In this document: positions 40,576 to 48,854 of the stretch, in pieces | Position numbering within the stretch: the first letter of the stretch is position 1 | How the letters are laid out: every line of letters starts with the position of its first letter | DNA from: a virus | Taxonomy: Duplodnaviria > Caudoviricetes | Direction: 5' to 3' (one strand) | Length of the DNA: 64,000 nucleotides | Virus record (IMG/VR): IMGVR_UViG_3300032254_000001 | Span: 280,484-344,483 of that record | Notes under the pieces: generated by a model | The model's database searches: none | Seen by the model: only the letters and a program-made list of their open reading frames with translations | Told to the model about the DNA's origin: nothing | Program-made: the position numbers and the translations under genes

Positions 40576-41924
40576 GCTTAAGAAAACCCGGGCGCGAAAC
40601 TGATAAAGAAGTACTAGACTACATTAATTCGTTTAGTCCTTCAATGTGCATGGCAAAATGGTATAACGCTACTATATGGTTAGGCAGCGGTATGTCTACT
40701 AGTTGCCATCATCCACCAGCACATAAAATTTCAATTGATGAAATAGCTAAGAACCCAAGCGCAATACATAACACACCTGAAAAGAAAAACGACCGCGAAC
40801 TGATGCTTAAGGGCGAACGTCCTGCAGGCTGTCAGTACTGTTGGAAAATTGAAGACATGGAACGCGATGCAATAAGTGATCGTGTATACAAGTCTGTAAT
40901 CTATAATGATGAGGAAGTTGAACATGCAGTATCTCTCCCAGTATTGGAAAACGTCAATCTCAAAACCCTTGAAATTGCTTTTGATCGCACATGTAACCTT
41001 AGTTGTAGTTATTGCAATCCTGCTTTTAGCACATCTTGGGTAAAAGATATTAAGAACAATGGTCCGTACATAGAGTTACAAAGTGACGGCCGCAACCACT
41101 TTACACATACACACGATTCGGCAGAACCGTTTGGTCCAAAGGAAGTAAACCCTTATGTAGAAGCATTCTTTGAGTGGTGGGAAACCGACCTTAAAGATAG
41201 TCTACAGGAGTTACGTTTAACAGGTGGCGAACCACTAATGAGTGGCCACACCTGGCGTTTGTTTGACAAGTTTATACAAGATAAACCAGATATGCAGTTT
41301 GCTCTTAATAGCAATTTGTGTGCCAAGGATAACTTAATTGATAAGTTAATCGAAACCACACATAGCATATCTAACTTCCAATTGTACACAAGTAATGAAA
41401 GTGTTGGTGAACAAGCTGAATACATACGCGATGGACTGGACTTCCTGCAATGGAATAATAACATATATAAGATACTAACAGAGGGCAATGTTAAAGGCTT
41501 GCATATGATGTGTACTGTTAATGCACTGTGCCTTGACACGTTACCTGAGTTCTTAGATACGTTATTAGAAATGAAAAATGTACACGGAAAAGACTTCCCA
41601 ACATTCTCATTAAACATATTAAGATTTCCATCTTTCCAAAGTCCATTGGTACTGTCAGATGAAATTAGAATGGAATATGCAACAGAGCTCCAGTACTGGT
41701 TAACTGAAAATAGATACAATGAAAACTTGCATCAAATGGAAATTAATCAGTTACAACGTCTAATAGATTATTTAGATGTAGTTAAGACACCACACGATGG
41801 AACGTTTGATATGCCATCGTTACATAATGATTTTAAAAAGTTCTACGCTCAGTACGATGCACGTCGTGGCAAGGACTTTTGTAAAACATTTCCAAGACTA
41901 GCGGATTGGTACAATGGGCTTTAA
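40572..41924 (+). CDS. N-terminal twitch radical SAM protein 4
   Basis: CMAKW..SCHHP..CQYCW; CNLSCSYC; TGGEP. Confidence 0.9.
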   Translation: MSLRKPGRETDKEVLDYINSFSPSMCMAKWYNATIWLGSGMSTSCHHPPAHKISIDEIAKNPSAIHNTPEKKNDRELMLKGERPAGCQYCWKIEDMERDAISDRVYKSVIYNDEEVEHAVSLPVLENVNLKTLEIAFDRTCNLSCSYCNPAFSTSWVKDIKNNGPYIELQSDGRNHFTHTHDSAEPFGPKEVNPYVEAFFEWWETDLKDSLQELRLTGGEPLMSGHTWRLFDKFIQDKPDMQFALNSNLCAKDNLIDKLIETTHSISNFQLYTSNESVGEQAEYIRDGLDFLQWNNNIYKILTEGNVKGLHMMCTVNALCLDTLPEFLDTLLEMKNVHGKDFPTFSLNILRFPSFQSPLVLSDEIRMEYATELQYWLTENRYNENLHQMEINQLQRLIDYLDVVKTPHDGTFDMPSLHNDFKKFYAQYDARRGKDFCKTFPRLADWYNGL

Positions 41925-42192
41925 ACGAGTTACTCCTGGTGTCACAGTACGCGAAGTTGATGTATCGTTTGTTATGCCGCCTGAACCGACGGTTAGTTTT
42001 GACGTAATAGACGACAGAACAATTGAAATTCGGAACTGGCCGTGGTGGTATTCTACTAGAGTTGCTAACAAGGTAAATGATTGGATGGATGCACACACTG
42101 AAAACGGGCGAAGCTTAATTGTTGACGACCGCATTATTTTTGACAAACCTGAGGAACTAACAATGTTTGTTTTAGCATGGAGTGGTAAATGA
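41914..42192 (+). CDS. Small protein of the W..[TC].G..F...F.L family (see 53827-56193)
   Basis: C-terminal DWMDAHTENGR...IIFDKPEELTMFVLAW. Confidence 0.55.
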   Translation: MGFKRVTPGVTVREVDVSFVMPPEPTVSFDVIDDRTIEIRNWPWWYSTRVANKVNDWMDAHTENGRSLIVDDRIIFDKPEELTMFVLAWSGK

Positions 42193-43484
42193 GTTACGAT
42201 TATAACAGTTGGGAACCTGTAAAAATTTCCGTAGACGACTTAAATGAAGTTGAGACATACCTGCTTAAAAACAGTAAAACATTCTGTATGTATCCGTGGA
42301 TACATTTACATGCATACCCTACAGGCGAAACGTATCCTTGTTGCCATGCTGATATGCACCAGTCCGTAGGTAGTACACGTAAGGACGCTATGAAAGATAT
42401 TTGGAATAGCGATGGCATGAAAACAATGCGCCGTAATATGTTAAGTGGTGTTAAGTGCGGGGAGTGTACAGGTTGTTATGAACAAGAGAAAAGCGGTTTC
42501 TTTAGTGGCCGCAAGAGTGCTAACAAGCACCACGGACACCATATAACTAAAGTAGAAGAAACACATGCCGACGGGCAGTTAGACGAATTTCAAATGTCGT
42601 ACTGGGATATAAGATTTAGTAATTTATGTAATCTTAGTTGTCGCAGTTGCGGACACATTTTCAGCAGTAGTTGGTACAAGGACCAAGTTGCGTTGAGCGG
42701 TACCCAGTGGGGTGCAGACAATAAAGCATTGCAGATAGCAGGTCGCTCCAAAACAGATATGTTTGAACAGCTTATGGAACATATCGACTACGTTGAACAA
42801 ATATACTTTGCAGGCGGTGAGCCTCTGACAATGGAAGAGCACTATAAGATTCTTGACGAATTAGAACGTAGGGAGATGTTTCATGTTCGCCTGATATACA
42901 ATACTAATTTCACACAGACCAAACTTAAAGATAGGGATGTCTTTGACTACTGGCGTAAGTTTGATTCTGTTAGTGTTGGAGCGAGTCTCGATGCAATGGG
43001 TGACCGAGCAGAGTATATAAGGAAAGGAACCAAATGGAGTGTAGTGGAAGAGAATAGACGTAGGATGTTAGAAATATGTCCGAACGTAGACTTTTATATA
43101 AGTCCAACAGTAAGCATTATGAATGCGTTACACGTAGTTGACTTCCACCGCGATTGGGTAGAGAAAGGATTCCTTAGGGCACAGGACCTGAACATTAATA
43201 TTCTTCAGGATCCTATGCACTACAGAATAGATATAGCTCCGGAAGAGTATAAGCAGTTAATTCGATTTGCGTATAAGGATCACTTGTACTGGCTTAAAGA
43301 TCGCGATTCGTTGAACCGTGCATCAACAGGCATACGTAGTGCATTACACTTCTTAGATGCAACAGACAATTCACACTTAGTAGATACTTTCTGGGCTAAG
43401 ACAAAAGAGCTGGATGGAATACGTAACGAAAACTTACTTGATTTTATTCCTGAACTAGAGGCATTAAATGGAACTACCAAATAA
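42189..43484 (+). CDS. N-terminal twitch radical SAM protein 5
   Basis: FCMYPW..PCCH..ECTGC; DIRFSNLCNLSCRSC; AGGEP. Confidence 0.9.
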   Translation: MSYDYNSWEPVKISVDDLNEVETYLLKNSKTFCMYPWIHLHAYPTGETYPCCHADMHQSVGSTRKDAMKDIWNSDGMKTMRRNMLSGVKCGECTGCYEQEKSGFFSGRKSANKHHGHHITKVEETHADGQLDEFQMSYWDIRFSNLCNLSCRSCGHIFSSSWYKDQVALSGTQWGADNKALQIAGRSKTDMFEQLMEHIDYVEQIYFAGGEPLTMEEHYKILDELERREMFHVRLIYNTNFTQTKLKDRDVFDYWRKFDSVSVGASLDAMGDRAEYIRKGTKWSVVEENRRRMLEICPNVDFYISPTVSIMNALHVVDFHRDWVEKGFLRAQDLNINILQDPMHYRIDIAPEEYKQLIRFAYKDHLYWLKDRDSLNRASTGIRSALHFLDATDNSHLVDTFWAKTKELDGIRNENLLDFIPELEALNGTTK

Positions 43485-44661
43485 ATCATTCTGTGTACTT
43501 CCGTGGATTAGTATAGAAGCAAGTCCAATTGGAACCGTGCGTCCTTGTTGTCTTGCTGACGATGAGATCCTTAAAGACAACGGTGAGAAGTACAACCTAA
43601 ACACTGACGGCATGCTAGGCATACAAGACAGCAAGTACATGGAGAAATTGCGCGAAGAATTCTTAGCAGGCAAACGTCCAGAGACTTGTCGTAAGTGTTG
43701 GGCAGAAGAAGATGTTGGCCGTACTAGTAAGCGAATGAATACTATTAAACGTCTAGGGTCTATGTTAAGTGATATTACCGAATGGGATAACAAGTCTATA
43801 GACTTACGTTTTGTAGATTTAAAGCTTGGTAACATATGTAATCTAAAATGCAGGATCTGCGGTAGTTGGAGCTCTAGTAAGTTTGCAGGTGAAGAGATAA
43901 AGTTCGCAGTAGACGGTACCTTCCATAGAGAAATGAATAAGAAAGGTGCGTGGCCACGCACAGCTGACAAGTTTTGGGATGAGCTTAACTGTGCATCTGG
44001 AGACATACGTTACTTGGAATTCACTGGCGGTGAACCGTTTATGATACGTGAGCATTTTGAGTTCCTAGAGGTTTTGGTACATAACGGACTTGCAAATCAA
44101 ATTGAAATCCATTATAATACCAATGGTACACAATGGCCTGCGAAATACGTGCATCTTTGGAAAGAGTTCAAACATGTAGAAATTGCGTTCAGTATAGATA
44201 ACACAGGCGCACGTTTTGAGTACGAGCGTACCAATGCTAAGTGGGACGAAGTAAACGAAAATATCCAAAAGTTCATTGGCTTACGAGCTGAAAGCAAGAA
44301 CATTTCGTTGCAGCTATGCACAACGATTAACTTGTACAATGTTCTTTATTTGCCTGAAGTATTTCATTGGGAACACTTTAAAGACTTTGATTTTGTATTT
44401 TGGAATATGTTACATGATGCACCTGAAAACTGCATTAAGTCTTTACCACGTGGTGCCAAGGATGTAATTGCTGTTCAGTTATTAGGAATAGCAGACGTAG
44501 ATGCAAAGACACGTGAAGAATTTAAAAACGTTGTTAACTTTATGCGGTCGGGCGAAGGCGTTGACCCGTATGAAAACATTGAACGATTAGACAGCAGGCG
44601 TGAAGTGTCATTAAAGGATACACACCCAGAACTATATGAGTTATTATTCCATGACAAGTGA
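43468..44661 (+). CDS. N-terminal twitch radical SAM protein 6
   Basis: FCVLPW..PCCL..TCRKC; GNICNLKCRIC; TGGEP. Confidence 0.9.
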   Translation: MELPNKSFCVLPWISIEASPIGTVRPCCLADDEILKDNGEKYNLNTDGMLGIQDSKYMEKLREEFLAGKRPETCRKCWAEEDVGRTSKRMNTIKRLGSMLSDITEWDNKSIDLRFVDLKLGNICNLKCRICGSWSSSKFAGEEIKFAVDGTFHREMNKKGAWPRTADKFWDELNCASGDIRYLEFTGGEPFMIREHFEFLEVLVHNGLANQIEIHYNTNGTQWPAKYVHLWKEFKHVEIAFSIDNTGARFEYERTNAKWDEVNENIQKFIGLRAESKNISLQLCTTINLYNVLYLPEVFHWEHFKDFDFVFWNMLHDAPENCIKSLPRGAKDVIAVQLLGIADVDAKTREEFKNVVNFMRSGEGVDPYENIERLDSRREVSLKDTHPELYELLFHDK

Positions 44662-44857
44662 CGAAGAAGCAGTAGCAGCAATACACAAAAGTCTTGAAGA
44701 ACGACTAAAAGAAAAAGAACAAGCCGAGTGCGACTTTTTCAACAAAGCCTCAGATGAGGTAAAAGAACAGTACTTCAAACGTTGGCGCGAAGTTAACGAC
44801 CCAGGCACAGAACCGAGATTTATAAGAGAATATGCAGAAGCCAGACGAAAAGCCTGA
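44651..44857 (+). CDS. Small charged hypothetical protein (68 aa)
   Basis: MTSDEEAVAAIHKS...; overlaps both flanking rSAM genes. Confidence 0.5.
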   Translation: MTSDEEAVAAIHKSLEERLKEKEQAECDFFNKASDEVKEQYFKRWREVNDPGTEPRFIREYAEARRKA

Positions 44858-46160
44858 TACGCTTTGCCTAGCACCGTGGCTACACACGTACCTTTCTCCA
44901 CAAACAGAAAGGCGTATGTGTTGCGCGAGTCGTGAACCAGCACAATCATTTGAGCAGTACATAGACACCAGTAAAGGCACTAGCACATACAATCCGATGA
45001 CGCTTGATGAGCACATGAACAGTGATCACATGAAGTCTGTACGCAGGCGCATGATGGCAGGTGAAACATTAAGTGAATGTGATGTGTGCAATAACAAACT
45101 ATTGAACACAGATGTATACAGAAGTTACTTCTGGAACATGTTTCAGCATCACTACGATGAGATATGGGATAAGACAGAGGAAGACGGAACCACAACATGT
45201 AAGCCAATAAGTTGGGATTACAGATTCAGTAACCTGTGCAATTTTAAATGTCGTATGTGTGGCGACATGTTATCGTCAAGTTGGGAAAGTGAACAACGTT
45301 CTAACGATATGATAGACTGGGGCAATCCGCAGAATAACTGGATGCAAAAAGATGTCCGTAAACAAATAAGCAAATTCCAAGACACTGAAATAGAAAAAGA
45401 ATTTAGCGATGCAGTAGAAGATCATCGCATAGAAGAAATCTACTGGGTTGGCGGCGAGCCACTAATGTTCGAACAGCACTGGAAATACATGAAACGTATT
45501 GTAGAGCTAGGCGATGGGCATAAAGTGTATGCACGTTACAACACAAACCTGTCTCAAATAGTGTATAAAGGCATACACTTGTACACAGATATCTTACCGC
45601 ATGTACGTGATTGGCAGATATGTGCAAGCATAGACGGCACAGGAGCAATAGGTGAATACATTAGAACTGGATTAAAATGGCCAGTATTCTTAGCAAATTA
45701 TAAGGAAGGACTTGCAATTTCGCGCCATCCTAGGCAGATGAGACTGGACTTTACACTGACATTACCGGGCCTTTTTGAGCTGAAAAACATGTTTGACCTT
45801 AGTAAGGAGTTAAATACTACGTTACTTGCTAAAGTTACATTTGCATTCGGTTCGAACGTTTTAATGTCGCCTTTAGCATTGCCAAAAAGTATATTACATA
45901 GAATAGTAAATGACTTTTTAGTATATGCGAATGAGGAGGGATATGACCAAAATCAGCAGCCATTGATTGACGTTATGACCAATATTTTAAGCAGGCCTAC
46001 TTTTGAAGAAGAATGGCCAAGCGACTACAAGCAAGGAGCGATTGACGGCAAACGCCGCATAGAGAAAGTTGAAAGCATTCGACTTGCTTCGTTGACGCTG
46101 GAAGAGATTTTACTAACAGAGGATGCAGAAGCATATGAGTGGTACCGAGCAATACCTTGA
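44832..46160 (+). CDS. N-terminal twitch radical SAM protein 7
   Basis: LCLAPW..MCCA..ECDVC; DYRFSNLCNFKCRMC; VGGEP. Confidence 0.9.
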   Translation: MQKPDEKPDTLCLAPWLHTYLSPQTERRMCCASREPAQSFEQYIDTSKGTSTYNPMTLDEHMNSDHMKSVRRRMMAGETLSECDVCNNKLLNTDVYRSYFWNMFQHHYDEIWDKTEEDGTTTCKPISWDYRFSNLCNFKCRMCGDMLSSSWESEQRSNDMIDWGNPQNNWMQKDVRKQISKFQDTEIEKEFSDAVEDHRIEEIYWVGGEPLMFEQHWKYMKRIVELGDGHKVYARYNTNLSQIVYKGIHLYTDILPHVRDWQICASIDGTGAIGEYIRTGLKWPVFLANYKEGLAISRHPRQMRLDFTLTLPGLFELKNMFDLSKELNTTLLAKVTFAFGSNVLMSPLALPKSILHRIVNDFLVYANEEGYDQNQQPLIDVMTNILSRPTFEEEWPSDYKQGAIDGKRRIEKVESIRLASLTLEEILLTEDAEAYEWYRAIP

Positions 46161-47223
46161 CACGATTGTGATGTCATTGAGAAACAGTTCTACTGGGGAT
46201 ATACTTCCAGTATATATCAATGTATTTGATGATTCATTGAGTGAGAAATGGTACAACGCCCTTAATGAAATCATTAAGAATAAGTTGCACCTGGAAAAGA
46301 ATTATCAATTTTTAGGGATTCCTGGTTACGAACGAAACGGAACGTACATCACTGACCAAATAAACAAATCGATCGACGCAATTAATAAAGCTGATATTGG
46401 ATATCAGATAGACGACTTCTTCTCTCTTGAAAATACTATGCTCGACATAGATGGAGAAGTAGGAGAGGGTCTGCCTGGCCGCGAGCTAGTACATGACAAG
46501 TTCAATAAGTTACATCGTTACTTCGAAGACTTACAAGGTACTAGCGGTAACATGTCACCTTACTATAATAAAGCTGATGCTGATACACGCTGGCACATAC
46601 GCCAGTTGAACTTACTGTGCCACGAATACGAGTCGTGGGCATTAAGCTATCGCAAAGAAGCACACGCTCCTGAATGGATGCGCCCATCGCAATTAATGTG
46701 TTATTTAAAAGCACCGCGCTTCACACTTACAGAAGATGACTTTGAAAGCTTTGGCATTGAAACAATTGCACGACCACTAGGCGGTGTCTTTGTTGGTGTT
46801 AACAAAGCAGTAGGCAAGCATCATTGGGAAGTGTTCCAAGATGAAGATGGTAGTAGAATAGATGAGTTAACAACGTCTGCAATGCGTTCACAAACAGAAG
46901 CAGCAGGCGACTTTGATATCGAGTGGGCAAACGATCCAGGTGCATATCAATTTATGAAAGATAGAATAACTAAGTTCAGAATTTGGTTAACGGAAAATGG
47001 ATTCGACCCTGAAGACAAAGCATTAACAATAGGCCACCCGCAGGTAGCACAGGTAGATCTAAAGCGAACATTTGGCACAGAAGATTACACAGTAATTTGG
47101 GATCAATTGTTTGATTACTTAGATGTTGTTAGTATAGAAACTAAGGATGCCTACGTAGAATATAAATACCACTGGAGCGATTCAGATTACAAGGAGCAAC
47201 AAATCAAATGTTTAAATGGTTAA
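46135..47223 (+). CDS. Hypothetical protein (~362 aa)
   Basis: Long ORF in operon; start uncertain (46123 or 46135); LNLLCHEYES motif; no family recognised. Confidence 0.6.
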   Translation: MSGTEQYLDTIVMSLRNSSTGDILPVYINVFDDSLSEKWYNALNEIIKNKLHLEKNYQFLGIPGYERNGTYITDQINKSIDAINKADIGYQIDDFFSLENTMLDIDGEVGEGLPGRELVHDKFNKLHRYFEDLQGTSGNMSPYYNKADADTRWHIRQLNLLCHEYESWALSYRKEAHAPEWMRPSQLMCYLKAPRFTLTEDDFESFGIETIARPLGGVFVGVNKAVGKHHWEVFQDEDGSRIDELTTSAMRSQTEAAGDFDIEWANDPGAYQFMKDRITKFRIWLTENGFDPEDKALTIGHPQVAQVDLKRTFGTEDYTVIWDQLFDYLDVVSIETKDAYVEYKYHWSDSDYKEQQIKCLNG

Positions 47224-47312
47224 GGAAAAAATGGTTAGATTGGAAGTTACACCGCCGTTACAAAAAGAAACTTAAAGAATTAAAAAAGCGCGATCCGTTC
47301 ATATACAAATAA
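47208..47312 (+). CDS. 34-aa basic peptide
   Basis: MFKWLRKKWLDWKLHRRYKKKLKELKKRDPFIYK*; AAGGAG upstream; fills the gap before the carbamoyltransferase. Confidence 0.7.
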   Translation: MFKWLRKKWLDWKLHRRYKKKLKELKKRDPFIYK

Positions 47313-47324
47313 AAAGGTAGTACA

Positions 47325-48848
47325 ATGACAACACGAAATATACTAGGGTTCAGCGCCGGGTTCCATGACGCAGGCATGTCAGTAGTAGATGGCAACAACG
47401 GTAAGATATTGTTTGCTAGTCATAGCGAACGTTTTAGCAAACGCAAACACGATCCGGATCTGTGTAGATCGATAATAAACGAAGCACTAAGTCACGGTAC
47501 AGTTGCTAAAGTTGCGTACTACGAGAATCATTGGTTAAAGAAAGCTAGGCAGTTATTTGCAGGCCAGCCAACAGACGATTGGCATTGGACACTGCGAAGC
47601 GAAATAAGTCATCACTTTCCGCATCCTGATCACCAAGTACTGCTAGACAACGTAAAGTTAAAAGGTTACGGACACCACAAGTCACATGCCGCAGCAGGCT
47701 TCCAGACTAGTCCATTTGATCAAGCTACCGTTGTCGTTATTGATGCCATTGGTGAGTTTGATACTATTACTATATGGAATGCATACTACGATCATGCTGG
47801 CAATGCGAAGTACAAATTAAAGCATCGCCAACTATATCCACATAGCATTGGATTATTCTATAGCGCAATTACACACAATGTTGGCCTACGTCCACTAGAC
47901 GAAGAGTACATTTTAATGGGCATGGCTGCATACGGCGATGCTAGTAAAACAGTAGATACTATTAAAGATAGATTAATTGAGTCTACTAACCCACCTAAGT
48001 TTAAAGAGAACTTGCACATTGGATATAATGAAAGCTTAACCAACGAGGATGTTACTGACTTTGATGTAGCAGCAGGCGCACAAGAACTAGTAGAAGAAAT
48101 GATTGAAAATGTTATGAAGAAGTCTAAGCACTATGATTATTCTAATAACCTAGTGTTCATGGGCGGTGTTGCTTTAAACTGTTCTGCTAACAGACACTTA
48201 GGCAAGTACTACAATGACATTTGGATTATGCCTAACCCAGGCGATGCAGGTAGCTCATTAGGTGCTGCGGCATTAGCATACGGTAAGAAGCTGCAATGGA
48301 ATGATGCTTACTTAGGCTATAATATAGAAGGTGAATACCCTGTACAAGAATTAGTTAATTCACTTAAGAAAGCTAAGATTGCAGGTGTTGCAAATGGCAA
48401 GGCTGAGTTCGGTCCACGCGCATTAGGTAATCGTTCATTGCTAGCTGACCCACGCGGTAAGGCTATTAAGGATATAGTAAACGATATAAAGCGTAGACAA
48501 AAGTTCCGTCCGTTCGCACCAGTGGTACTTGCAGAACATGCAAGTACTTACTTTGATATGCCAAATGGATTTGAACGAAGCGACTACATGCAAGTCACCG
48601 CACATTGTAAGAAGCCAGAAGAGTTCCCTGCTATAATACACAAAGACGGAACAAGCAGAGTGCAAACAGTACCTGCAAATGGTTCAGGTATTAGAAGACT
48701 TCTTGAAGCATGGTACAAGGAAACTGGTTGTCCAATGTTACTTAACACATCATTAAATATCAGAGGCGAGCCAATGGTAAACGATGAAAGCGATGCAAAA
48801 CGCTTTGAAGAAGAGTACGGTATAAAAGTACTTACATCTGTGTTATAA
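47325..48848 (+). CDS. Carbamoyltransferase (NodU/CmcH/TobZ family)
   Basis: FHDAG, SERFSKRKHD, HHKSHAA, GGVALNC, GDAGSSLGAA, EFGPRALGNRS, FRPFAP, DGTSRVQTV, LNTSLN. Confidence 0.93.
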   Translation: MTTRNILGFSAGFHDAGMSVVDGNNGKILFASHSERFSKRKHDPDLCRSIINEALSHGTVAKVAYYENHWLKKARQLFAGQPTDDWHWTLRSEISHHFPHPDHQVLLDNVKLKGYGHHKSHAAAGFQTSPFDQATVVVIDAIGEFDTITIWNAYYDHAGNAKYKLKHRQLYPHSIGLFYSAITHNVGLRPLDEEYILMGMAAYGDASKTVDTIKDRLIESTNPPKFKENLHIGYNESLTNEDVTDFDVAAGAQELVEEMIENVMKKSKHYDYSNNLVFMGGVALNCSANRHLGKYYNDIWIMPNPGDAGSSLGAAALAYGKKLQWNDAYLGYNIEGEYPVQELVNSLKKAKIAGVANGKAEFGPRALGNRSLLADPRGKAIKDIVNDIKRRQKFRPFAPVVLAEHASTYFDMPNGFERSDYMQVTAHCKKPEEFPAIIHKDGTSRVQTVPANGSGIRRLLEAWYKETGCPMLLNTSLNIRGEPMVNDESDAKRFEEEYGIKVLTSVL

Positions 48849-48854
48849 TTAACT

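Noticed and set aside
35665-46160. rSAMs as QueE, NrdG or MoaA
   Set aside because: Too long, with an N-terminal Cys domain, and no queC, queD, folE or nrdD genes in the window
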